A stretch of DNA of 59,334 nt from an uncultured Gemmatimonadota bacterium (GTDB taxonomy: Bacteria; Gemmatimonadota; Gemmatimonadetes; Palauibacterales; KS3-K002): contig CAYGCC010000179.1 in NCBI GenBank assembly GCA_964348165.1, positions 1 to 59,334 of the forward strand, written 5' to 3'. Below, one piece after another: positions 10,536 to 18,945 of this stretch. Position numbers and translations under genes: made by a program. Each line of letters starts with the position of its first letter. Position 1 is the stretch's first letter. Below the pieces are notes generated by a model that saw only the letters and a program-made list of their open reading frames with translations, made no database searches and was not told the origin of the DNA.

Positions 10536-11293
10536 GATCTCAACCCTTCCGTCGGCAGCTCACGCAGGTCGCTCACCACCGTGTCGGCGCCGCTCCGCAG
10601 CAAAACCTCTTTCGCCCCCACCCGGTCGACCCCGACCACCCAGCCGAAGCCGCCTGCTCTTCCCGCTTCGACGCCCGACACCGCGTCCTCGAAGACGACG
10701 GTCCGCGCGGGCTCGACGCCGAGAAGCTCCGCCGCCTTGACGAAGATGTCCGGAGCCGGTTTCCCCTCCAACCCGAGCCGCGCCGCGACCGATCCGTCCA
10801 CCCGAACATCGAACAGGTCGGTGAGCCCTGCCGCCTCGAGCACCGCCGCGCAGTTCTTGCTCGAGGAGACGATGGCCGTCTTAAAGCCAAGCTCGCGCCA
10901 ATGTCGAATCCGCTCGACGGTGTCCTCGAAGACCTCCACACCGCCGGACTCGAGCAGATCGTTGTACAGTTCGTTCTTGCGATTGCCCAGTCCACACACC
11001 GTCGCCCGGTCCGGCGCATCTTCCGGCTTACCTTCGGGTAGCGTGATCCCGCGGCTCGCCAGAAAGTCGCGTACCCCATCGTATCTCGGCTTGCCGTCCA
11101 CGTGCTGTGGATAGTCGGTCTCGATCTCAAAGGGCTCGAACCGCTCGCCGGACCGCTCAGCCCGCCGGCGCAGAAACTCATCGAATACCTGCTTCCAGGC
11201 GCTGGCATGGACGCTGGCCGTCCGCGTCACTACTCCGTCCAGGTCGAAGATCACCGCGTCGAAATCGTCCCGGTTTACCGAGGTCTTGCTCAT
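10532..11293 (-). CDS. pgmB: beta-phosphoglucomutase family HAD hydrolase
   Basis: Start trimmed to ATG 11293 (MSKTSVNRDDFDAVIFDLDGVVTRT). HAD motifs DLDGV, TAIVSSSKN and FEDAVSGVEAGRAGGF are present. The upstream part of the 306-aa track ORF has no homology-like content. Confidence 0.8.
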   Translation of the reverse strand: MSKTSVNRDDFDAVIFDLDGVVTRTASVHASAWKQVFDEFLRRRAERSGERFEPFEIETDYPQHVDGKPRYDGVRDFLASRGITLPEGKPEDAPDRATVCGLGNRKNELYNDLLESGGVEVFEDTVERIRHWRELGFKTAIVSSSKNCAAVLEAAGLTDLFDVRVDGSVAARLGLEGKPAPDIFVKAAELLGVEPARTVVFEDAVSGVEAGRAGGFGWVVGVDRVGAKEVLLRSGADTVVSDLRELPTEGLRS

Positions 11294-11505
11294 CAGCTTG
11301 AAGCTCCCAACCTCCCGACTTCGTGGATGTCGGCTCGCGACTACAACGTAGCATAGCATACGGTCGGCGGAGCCTCGCGCCAAGACCCCACGAACCAACC
11401 CGGCACTTCCTCTCCGCCAAGCCGCACAGGGCTTGAAGCTCGCGAGCCCCACGGCTCGAACGCGCGGCGAGAACTCGAAGCGGGGACCCGGGCTGGCCGG
11501 TCCGG

Positions 11506-12267
11506 CTAGTCTGGAGTGAAGCGATCGAGGAACGCCCGTTCGTCGGCGGTCAGGCTCGCGACTCCATTCGCCTTGATCTTGGCGAGAACCCGGTCAAGCT
11601 CGTCGCGGTTGACCGGGTGGAGGTCCTCGCGCCGAATCTTCTGCCAGCGCTTGAGATCGGCGCCGTCACCACCGGCGCTGCGGCGGCCGGGCGCACTGAC
11701 CTTCTCTTTGAACCGCCGTGCGGGCGAGCGTGATTCCATCCACTTCAGGTAGAGGAAACCGCCGACGAAGCCGCCGAGATGCGCGAAATGGGCGACGCCA
11801 CCGGAACGGCCGATGAAGCCCCCGTACAGCGACAGCGCCGTCATGATCGCCACCAACCAGCGTGCCTCGATCGGGATGACCCCCCAGATATAGATCTGAT
11901 CGCGAGGCCAGATGCGAGCGAAGCCGAGCAGCACTCCGAACACGGCCCCCGACGCCCCGACGATGGCCACGGTCGGCGTGAACAGCGAGAGCAAGGCTCC
12001 GCCGACTCCGCTGGCGAAGTAGAGGCCCAGGAAGTGCCGGCTACCGAGTCGAGCTTCCAGTCGCGGACCGAAGAAGAAGAGCGCGATCATGTTGAACGCC
12101 AGGTGCCAGAGCCCGCCGTGAAGAAACATGTAGGTGACCGGCGTCCACGGCCGCACTGGAATCAGCAGCGGCACCAGCCACAAAGCAGGCATGAGGCCCG
12201 GCTGCAGTTGCGTGAGCAGGAAGACAGCCGCGTTGGCGTAGATGAGCCTGGAAGCCCAACGGGTCAT
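11506..12267 (-). CDS. rhomboid family intramembrane serine protease
   Basis: 253-aa ORF. FLHGGLWHLAFNMIALFFFGP and GASGAVFGVLLGFA (catalytic Ser) and AHLGGFVGG (catalytic His) are rhomboid signatures. Confidence 0.9.
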   Translation of the reverse strand: MTRWASRLIYANAAVFLLTQLQPGLMPALWLVPLLIPVRPWTPVTYMFLHGGLWHLAFNMIALFFFGPRLEARLGSRHFLGLYFASGVGGALLSLFTPTVAIVGASGAVFGVLLGFARIWPRDQIYIWGVIPIEARWLVAIMTALSLYGGFIGRSGGVAHFAHLGGFVGGFLYLKWMESRSPARRFKEKVSAPGRRSAGGDGADLKRWQKIRREDLHPVNRDELDRVLAKIKANGVASLTADERAFLDRFTPD

Positions 12268-12379
12268 AGTGCGATGTATTCGATTGTTGCGAGCTGATCC
12301 TCGCCCGCGAATATACGGCCCGCTTCACAGCAGTGCGAGGACCCAGCGAGGCAGATAGCGCGCGGTGACGCCGATCGGA

Positions 12380-12664
12380 TCAGGACTCGACCTTGACGCC
12401 CTTCCAGAACGCCACGTGGTCCTTGATGTTCTTGGCCGCCTCCGAAGGCTCGGGGTAATACCAGGCGGCGTTGCGATTCGTCTGGCCCTCCACCACGATG
12501 TCGTAGTAGCTCGCGGTTCCCTTCCACGGGCACACCGTCTGGTGGTTACTCTCACGCAACAGGTCACGGTTGACCGACTCTGGCGGGAAGTAAACGTTGT
12601 TCTCGACGACCTCGTACGTGTCGCTTTCCGCAACCACGACACCGTTCCACGTCGCTTTAGCCAT
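12380..12664 (-). CDS. DUF427 domain-containing protein
   Basis: 94-aa ORF. WNGVVVAESD..VENNVYFPPESV..TVCPWKGTASYYDIVV..NAAWYYPEPSEAA matches the DUF427 pattern. It overlaps the kinase stop by 8 nt. Confidence 0.85.
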   Translation of the reverse strand: MAKATWNGVVVAESDTYEVVENNVYFPPESVNRDLLRESNHQTVCPWKGTASYYDIVVEGQTNRNAAWYYPEPSEAAKNIKDHVAFWKGVKVES

Positions 12665-14912
12665 TTCGCCTTTCCTTGATCTCTGTCCGTTCGAATTGAT
12701 CTAGCTCAAGCCGTTCATCGGACGGCTCATCCAAAACCTCGCGCACGATTCGGAGCAACGACTCGACTCCAAACGGCTTCTGTAAGAACGCCACTTCGCT
12801 CTCGAGCATACCCTGTTCATACATAGTATCGTGCATGTAGCCCGACATATATAACACTCGAACACCCGGCCGTGTCTCCCGCACGCGTTGGGCCAGGTCG
12901 CGACCGCTCATCTGCGGCAGAACCACGTCCGTCAGCAACAGTGAGATCGAATCGCCATGTCTTTCCAGCAGCTTCAAAGCCTCGCTGGGATCATGCGCTG
13001 ACAGCACTGTGTAGCCGTGATCCTGGAGGATTTGGCTCGCGAGTGCTCTGACCATCTTCTCGTCTTCCACAAGCAACACGGTCTCCGATCCGCGCCGTGA
13101 TTGGCTCTGAGGCAGCTTCCGCCTCACGCGCTCAGCCCGTGCCTCGACGCGGGGCAAATAGACGCTGCAGACCGTGCCCTGGCCTACCTCGCTATCCAGC
13201 CAAACCTGGCCACCGCTCTGCTGGACGATCCCGTAGACCATAGACAGACCGAGACCCGTGCCTCGTCCCGCTTCTTTCGTCGTGAAAAACGGCTCGAAAG
13301 CGTGCCGGCGGGTTTCACCGTCCATGCCGCAGCCGCTGTCCTGAACCGACAAGAGTACGTAGGCGCCCGGGACGATGCCCAAGTGCGTGCGGGCGAAAGC
13401 TTCATCCAGTTCGACGTTCTCGGTCTTGATCACCAGCTCGCCGCCGATTGGCATGGCGTCTCTGGCGTTGATCGAGAGATTTAGGATCACCTGCTCCAAC
13501 TGCACCGGGTCGCCGCGGACGAGTCCCAGATCGCTGGCCGGCAGGATCGAGAGTTCGATGTGCTCGCCGATCAGTCGACGCAGCATGCCCTCGAGACCTG
13601 CCACTGCGTCATTCAGATTCAAAGTCCGTGGCACCAACACCTGACGGCGGCTGAAGGCTAGGAGCTGTCGGGTGAGCGCGGCCCCGCGCTCTGCTGCCGC
13701 CTGGATCTCCTCGATGTCGCGCCGCATTGATTCGGCAAGCCCCGCATCTCGCAAGACGATCTCACCATGTCCCAGAATCGACGTGAGCAGGTTGTTGAAA
13801 TCGTGGGCCACACCGCCCGCTAGCTGCCCAACGACCTCCATCTTTTGCGATTGACGAAGCTGCTCGGTCAGCTGTTGGCGCTCTTCCTCCTCTTGCTTGC
13901 GTTTCGATATGTCCCGCACGATGCCCTGAAGCCGGCCGTCGGGGAGCAGTTTGGCGCTGACCTCCACGGGAAGCAGCGTCCCATCCTTCCGTTTCACAAG
14001 GCGCTCGCGGATGATCGTCTTACCGGTTCGCAGCTGATCGAGTTGCGGCGGATCGTCAGCCCGTTCCTCGTCCGGGATCAGATCGCGAACGTTCATGCTC
14101 AGCATCTCTTCGTGGGTGTACCCGAGCAGTTCGCAGCCGGCCGTGTTGACATCGAGGTAATCACCTTTGGCGTCGGTGACGAAGATACCGTCCGACGCCT
14201 GCTCGACGAGTGTTCGGTAGCGCGCCTCGCTCTCGCGCACCTTCTCTTCTGTCGCCTTGCGCTCGGTGATGTCTTCGTAGGAGCCGAAGACGCCGATCAC
14301 CTCACCGCTCTCATCGCGCAGCGGCAGCTTGGTCGTTCGTAGCCAGAGCCGGGTACCATCGGCCCTGACCTGAGGTTCCTCGTAGTTGATCTTCGACACG
14401 CCCCGTTCGACCACCGCGATATCGTCCTCGCGGTACAGGTGCGCCGACGCCTTCCAGCTCAGCTCGAAGTCGTGCTTAGCGATGATTTGCTCCGGTGACT
14501 GCAGACCCGCGTCCTGCGCAAATACTTTGTTGCAGCCGATGTAATGGTAAGACCTGTCCTTCCAGAAGAGCCGTTGCGGGATCGTGTCCATCACCAGCTT
14601 CATGATCCGCTCAGACCGGCGGATGCGGCTCGTAGCCTCCCGCTGTTCCGAGATGATGCGCTCGAGGACGAACACGGCGAGCAGAGCGAAAATGCTCACG
14701 AGCAGCCCAGGCAGCTCCTCGGGGTTGCCCATGAGCGAGATCGACCAGGTGGGATCCGCCGCCAGCAGCGTCAAGATCTGGCGCAACGCCATCAGCCCCA
14801 CCATCACGCAGAGCAGAGCCATGCGCCAATCCCGCAGCAGGCGCGCCAGGGCGATGGCCCAGCCGAGCGTGACGAGACGAATCAAAATGGATAGGACGAG
14901 AATCAGGCTCAT
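12657..14912 (-). CDS. hybrid sensor histidine kinase (TM, PAS repeats, HisKA, HATPase, receiver)
   Basis: 751-aa ORF. It has an N-terminal TM segment, PAS-like repeats, H-box [14 protein letters not shown]-box [13 protein letters not shown], and a C-terminal receiver [24 protein letters not shown]. Confidence 0.9.
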   Translation of the reverse strand: MSLILVLSILIRLVTLGWAIALARLLRDWRMALLCVMVGLMALRQILTLLAADPTWSISLMGNPEELPGLLVSIFALLAVFVLERIISEQREATSRIRRSERIMKLVMDTIPQRLFWKDRSYHYIGCNKVFAQDAGLQSPEQIIAKHDFELSWKASAHLYREDDIAVVERGVSKINYEEPQVRADGTRLWLRTTKLPLRDESGEVIGVFGSYEDITERKATEEKVRESEARYRTLVEQASDGIFVTDAKGDYLDVNTAGCELLGYTHEEMLSMNVRDLIPDEERADDPPQLDQLRTGKTIIRERLVKRKDGTLLPVEVSAKLLPDGRLQGIVRDISKRKQEEEERQQLTEQLRQSQKMEVVGQLAGGVAHDFNNLLTSILGHGEIVLRDAGLAESMRRDIEEIQAAAERGAALTRQLLAFSRRQVLVPRTLNLNDAVAGLEGMLRRLIGEHIELSILPASDLGLVRGDPVQLEQVILNLSINARDAMPIGGELVIKTENVELDEAFARTHLGIVPGAYVLLSVQDSGCGMDGETRRHAFEPFFTTKEAGRGTGLGLSMVYGIVQQSGGQVWLDSEVGQGTVCSVYLPRVEARAERVRRKLPQSQSRRGSETVLLVEDEKMVRALASQILQDHGYTVLSAHDPSEALKLLERHGDSISLLLTDVVLPQMSGRDLAQRVRETRPGVRVLYMSGYMHDTMYEQGMLESEVAFLQKPFGVESLLRIVREVLDEPSDERLELDQFERTEIKERRNG

Positions 14913-15236
14913 GGGGCTGCCTCTCCTCGGACGGCGCCGCCGAGCCGACCCCAGGGTCGCCTCGCGCCGCTCCTCCCCCTCGAGCGCCGGGCGGCCTCCT
15001 CTCCCGGGCCATCAGCGCCTGCCCCGCCGCGGGGCTCAGCGGGGCCAGCCAGCAAACACAAGTTTAGAAAGACGGCGCTCTCGGTCAAACGCAATACGAC
15101 ACCCCATTGAAGAACTGTCGAGCCGCTGTCCCGACATCGAGCCGGCGATCCACCTAGCTCACCGGCGCCCGCGCCGACCCGGTGGCCTCGCATACCGTAC
15201 GAGCAGGTCGCGCCATCCGCTCGAGCGTCCTTAGGG

Positions 15237-16484
15237 CTAGACGCGCAGCTCCTCGAGTACAGCCTCCGCGGCACGGAGGCCAGAGGCCAAGCTGCCCTCG
15301 ATCGATGCACTGTCTCGATGGTCGCCGCAGACGTACAGCCCGGGCTTGATTCGAACGGTTCGTCGTTCCGCTTCGAAAGCGGGGGGGCGCTGAGCAGGCA
15401 ACGCCGCCGCGATACGGTAAGTTCGCAGATGGCGCCAGCCACCGACGCGGGCGCCGAACCATTCCTGGAGCTGGGCACGCACTTGCTGCTCCAGCGCCGC
15501 ATCATCGACTCTCGGGTTTCCGACGATCGACGCCGAGATCAGTGCCGCTCCGGGCGGGGCGTACGAGGGCGCGACCTGACTCGGCACGCAGAGGTTGTTG
15601 ACCCAACCCTTCCCCTCCCCGTTGAGCACGAGTACCGGCTGGTCGACCGGCGGCTCATCCGCCGCGAAATACAGACAGACGGTGGAGTTGAAAGCGGGCT
15701 TCCTCAGTTCGGGGATCAGGCGCGCCGCCGTGACCCCATCCGTGGCCATGACGACAGCACGCCCTTCCACCCGAGCACCCTCCACCGATATCACCGCTCC
15801 CAACTCGATCGCCCGCACCCGTGTTCCCAGCCGGAGCGCGCCGTCGCTGAGCCGGCCCGCCAACTGTTGGGCCAGCGCTCCCATGCCTGCGGCTGGCAGG
15901 GCCGCGTCACCCCGGGCGAACATCCGGAACACGAACTCGAAGAAGCGGCTGGAGGTTTCGAGATCGCTCTCGAGGAAGATCCCGCTCAGAAACGGGCGTA
16001 GGAACCGTTCGATCATCGCCTCCGAGAATCCCCACGCCTGAAGCGCTGCCAAGGTCGAGCGCTCGGGCCGCTGGAACAACCCCTCGATATCTCCCTTCTC
16101 GACTGAGGCGCGCAGGCGCGCGATGCGAAGCTTGTCCGCCAGCGAACCCACCGGCGCTTTCAACGTCGCCGGGAGTTCGCTGGGCCGCCGCCGGGGATCG
16201 GCGATGCGGTGAAAGCCCCCCTGGGTCCGCACCAGCGCACCGGGCAGGAACGTCCGCAGGTCGAGCGCCTCGAAGTCCAAGACACGGCGCGCCTGTGAAT
16301 AAGCCGTCAGCAAGACCTGGAAGCCACGGTCCAGAAGGAACCCGTCCACCGAGTCCGTGCGAGCCCGACCTCCCACGCCGTCGGATGCCTCGAGGACCGC
16401 CACCCGGGCTCCCCCCTCTTCTAAGCGCGTCGCGCAGGCCAGGCCCGCGAGCCCGGCTCCCACGACGATCACATCGTACCCCAC
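15237..16484 (-). CDS. NAD(P)/FAD-dependent oxidoreductase (amine oxidase / desaturase superfamily)
   Basis: 415-aa ORF with the dinucleotide fold YDVIVVGAGLAGLACATRLEEGGARVAVLEASDGVGGRARTD. Substrate is not inferable from sequence. Confidence 0.8.
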   Translation of the reverse strand: MGYDVIVVGAGLAGLACATRLEEGGARVAVLEASDGVGGRARTDSVDGFLLDRGFQVLLTAYSQARRVLDFEALDLRTFLPGALVRTQGGFHRIADPRRRPSELPATLKAPVGSLADKLRIARLRASVEKGDIEGLFQRPERSTLAALQAWGFSEAMIERFLRPFLSGIFLESDLETSSRFFEFVFRMFARGDAALPAAGMGALAQQLAGRLSDGALRLGTRVRAIELGAVISVEGARVEGRAVVMATDGVTAARLIPELRKPAFNSTVCLYFAADEPPVDQPVLVLNGEGKGWVNNLCVPSQVAPSYAPPGAALISASIVGNPRVDDAALEQQVRAQLQEWFGARVGGWRHLRTYRIAAALPAQRPPAFEAERRTVRIKPGLYVCGDHRDSASIEGSLASGLRAAEAVLEELRV

Positions 16485-16514
16485 AGCGACGACCTCCGGT
16501 TTGTCGAGCCCCGA

Positions 16515-17300
16515 CTAGGCGCTCACTCGTGTCCGCACGGTCGACAGACCGCCGTCGATGCCTAAGGTCTGTCCCGTGACCCAATCATTCCGCGGGTTTA
16601 GGAGCCAGGCCATGACCGAAGCGATGTCTCGCGGCAGACCCAACCGGCCGATCGCGTGCATGGCGATCGATGCCCGCTCGGCCGTTGCGTTTGAAGTAAT
16701 CATCTCCGTCAGTGGCGTGCGAACCAGGCCCGGTGCGACGCCGTTCACCCGCACCCCGTAGCGCGCGTAAGAGGCGGCGGCAGCGCGAACGAGTCCCTCG
16801 ATGCCCGCCTTCGCGGCAGCTATCGCCTCATGGTTGACCAAACCGACACGGGCGGCGGCCGAGGAGACCAAGACGATGGATCCGCCCGACTTCATCATCG
16901 CCCGCGCCCCTGCGCGAACCGTGGCAAAAGCAGAACCGAGATTCAAGTCAAGCGTCGCCTGCCACTCGTCCTCGCTCGTCAGGTGAGCCGGCTTCAGCAG
17001 GACTGAGCCGACGCAGTTTGCCACCCCATCGACGCGACCGTACCGCTCCACAGCCAGTTGCACGCCGCGCTCCACTTCTTCGAACCGGGTTGCGTCGAGG
17101 ACATGAGGCATCACGTCGATCGAGTGGGCCAGTTCCTCCAGCCTCTCCGGGTTGCGGGCCGCCACCAGCAATCGGGCCCCGCCTGCGGCGAGCCTGCGGG
17201 CCAGCGCCGTGCCGATGCCACCGGTGGCGCCGATCACCACATACACGGCTCCGGGAGCAGGCTCGAGCGGTTCAATCTCGTTCATCGATCTATCCTCCAC
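16515..17300 (-). CDS. SDR family oxidoreductase
   Basis: 261-aa ORF with VIGATGGIGTALARRLAAGG, VSSAAARVG and the YxxxK region AIAAAKAGIEGL. Confidence 0.9.
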   Translation of the reverse strand: MEDRSMNEIEPLEPAPGAVYVVIGATGGIGTALARRLAAGGARLLVAARNPERLEELAHSIDVMPHVLDATRFEEVERGVQLAVERYGRVDGVANCVGSVLLKPAHLTSEDEWQATLDLNLGSAFATVRAGARAMMKSGGSIVLVSSAAARVGLVNHEAIAAAKAGIEGLVRAAAASYARYGVRVNGVAPGLVRTPLTEMITSNATAERASIAMHAIGRLGLPRDIASVMAWLLNPRNDWVTGQTLGIDGGLSTVRTRVSA

Positions 17301-17341
17301 CTAGCGCCGAGACCGGCGCGCTCATCTCGTGGCGTACGAAC

Positions 17342-17368
17342 GGGGAGAAGGTGCAATCCCTTCTCCCC
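17342..17368 (-). terminator. 10-bp perfect GC-rich hairpin downstream of the fasciclin gene
   Basis: GGGGAGAAGG-tgcaatc-CCTTCTCCCC read directly from the sequence. It has no clear U-tract, so terminator function is tentative. Confidence 0.4.
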
Positions 17369-17386
17369 GTGTCGACGTCTACTGTA

Positions 17387-17408
17387 GTGGCGGACCGAAG
17401 TCCGCCAC
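17387..17408 (-). terminator. 9-bp hairpin immediately after the fasciclin stop
   Basis: GTGGCGGAC-cgaa-GTCCGCCAC, starting 18 nt beyond the stop codon on the minus strand. There is no U-tract. Confidence 0.4.
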
Positions 17409-17425
17409 CTGTGAACGATCACAAC

Positions 17426-17932
17426 TTACTTGCTCGGCAAGATCACAGTGTCGATCACGTGAATCACACCGTTGCTCGCCATGATGTCCGTCTTTATAAT
17501 GCGAGCATTGTCAACCATGGGCTGCCCGTCTTTCAGCGAAATCTTGACCGACTGACCCTGGGCCGTCTTCGCCGACTCGAGCTTGAGCACATCTTCTGCC
17601 AAAACTTTGCCCGGAACGACGTGATACGTCAGCATGGCCTGCAGCTTGGAGCGATTCTCCGGCTTCAACAGTTCTTCCACCGTGCCCGCGGGCAGCTTGG
17701 CAAAAGCCTCATCGGTCGGCGCGAAAACTGTGAACGGCCCCTCGCCTTTCAGCGTCTCGACGAGACCCGCCGCCTTCACGGCCGCGACCAACGTCTCGAA
17801 GGAACCAGCCGACGCGGCGATGTCAACGATGTCGTTCTGACCCTTCTTTGACTCATACTTGTGCTGTGCCATAGCGGTACCGGCGAATGTCAGAATAGCG
17901 GCTACGGCGACGAGAGAAGTGCGCTTGAACAT
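17426..17932 (-). CDS. fasciclin (FAS1) domain protein, secreted
   Basis: Start trimmed to ATG 17932, with an AGGAGG 6 nt upstream. Signal peptide [25 protein letters not shown]1 strings [33 protein letters not shown] and [11 protein letters not shown]. Confidence 0.9.
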   Translation of the reverse strand: MFKRTSLVAVAAILTFAGTAMAQHKYESKKGQNDIVDIAASAGSFETLVAAVKAAGLVETLKGEGPFTVFAPTDEAFAKLPAGTVEELLKPENRSKLQAMLTYHVVPGKVLAEDVLKLESAKTAQGQSVKISLKDGQPMVDNARIIKTDIMASNGVIHVIDTVILPSK

Positions 17933-17986
17933 GGAATTCCTCCTGAGTGTTGAGTGAAACAAAAACATCCAACGGGTAGTCATCGA

Positions 17987-18208
17987 TTAGGCACGAGTCC
18001 GGGCGAGGGCCCACCGCCGCTGAATCGCCTTCCAGGTCACGGCCTGATACAACGCGCCGAGCCCGACGAGGCCGTAAACCAGACGGCTAAAGAGGCTCAT
18101 GTCGCCGAACAGCGTGCCCACCAGGTCGAAGCCGAACATCCCGATCAGCCCCCAATTGGCACCGCCGATCACCAGCAGCACGGCGGCGATGACGTCCAGA
18201 GTTTTCAT
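17987..18208 (-). CDS. DUF378 small membrane protein
   Basis: Start trimmed to ATG 18208, with GAGGAG upstream. MKTLDVIAAVLLVIGGANWGLIGMFGFDLVGTLFG is the DUF378 pattern. Confidence 0.85.
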   Translation of the reverse strand: MKTLDVIAAVLLVIGGANWGLIGMFGFDLVGTLFGDMSLFSRLVYGLVGLGALYQAVTWKAIQRRWALARTRA

Positions 18209-18287
18209 GGTCCCCACTCCTCGCTGCTTCCTGGTTAGCCCAGCGCCCAAGGCGCCTTGGCGTTCCGTTGTTTGCTTAACGTCCAGC

Positions 18288-18316
18288 AATCTACATGGAC
18301 ACTTCTATCCTGTCAA
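18288..18316 (-). promoter_or_regulatory. sigma70-like promoter with embedded inverted repeat (candidate CarH/LitR operator) for the DUF378-fasciclin genes
   Basis: Minus strand reads TTGACA(18316-18311)-N17-TAGATT(18293-18288). TGTCCA (18301-18296) forms TTGACA-N9-TGTCCA. The same layout recurs at 26109-26137. Confidence 0.55.
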
Positions 18317-18404
18317 GGTTTTATATATTATATTCATCGACACATAGTGAACAACATGTGCAATGACCCAGGGAGCCCTGGGATAAACCTCCTCATATAC
18401 CACG

Positions 18405-18897
18405 ATGAGCCAGATAAATTGTAAGAAACAATACCCGATTCGAGCCGTTTCCCGGCGGACCCGCCTCTCTCGCGACGTCTTGCGGGCCTGGCAACACCGG
18501 TACGGAGCGATGCACCCTGAGCGGAGCCCGGGTGGGCAGAGGTTTTACTCGGACGCGGACATCGAGCGGCTCCATTTGATCTGCCAGGCCCTCGACGCGG
18601 GCCGCCGAATCGGCCAGGTCGCTGACTTGACGACCGAGGAGCTCGAGCGGCTCGTGGGCGAGGATCGGCGAGCGGAGGCAGAACTGGATGGTGGCGGCGC
18701 CCGGCGAGCTGATCGAACGCGTCGTCGCACCGCTGATGACCCGGATCGGCGACCTGTGGTGGCGCAATCAGCTAACGCCGGGGCACGAGCGTCTGGCCAC
18801 CACTGTGGTGCGTCGCACCCTCGACGACATCCGGGCTACTGTCCAGAGCGATGCGGGGCCCGTCATGGTCGTGGCCACGCCCTCTGGTCAGCCCTGA
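18405..18897 (+). pseudogene. decayed CarH/LitR-type MerR regulator (frameshifted, B12-binding Rossmann domain missing)
   Basis: The MerR HTH (YPIRAVSRRTRLSRDVLRAWQHRYGAMHPERSPGGQRFYSDADIERL) is in frame 3. The homology to the intact paralog at 27289-28236 continues in frame 1 from about 18690 (LIERVVAPLMTRIGDLWW..VVATPSGQP). It stops at 18897, exactly where the paralog continues RHEFG. Confidence 0.7.
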
Positions 18898-18945
18898 GAT
18901 CCGCGCTAGAGCGGATCGGCAGCATCGAACCGCGCGAGGTCGGCC

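Noticed and set aside
7222-11114. Long plus-strand ORFs (7222-8214, 8419-9780, 9666-11114; 330-482 aa) antisense to the GH65, otsB and pgmB genes
   Set aside because: Their translations are Arg/Pro/Ala/Ser-rich low-complexity strings with no domain-like segments. They are typical shadow ORFs of high-GC DNA, and the minus-strand genes have clear family motifs.
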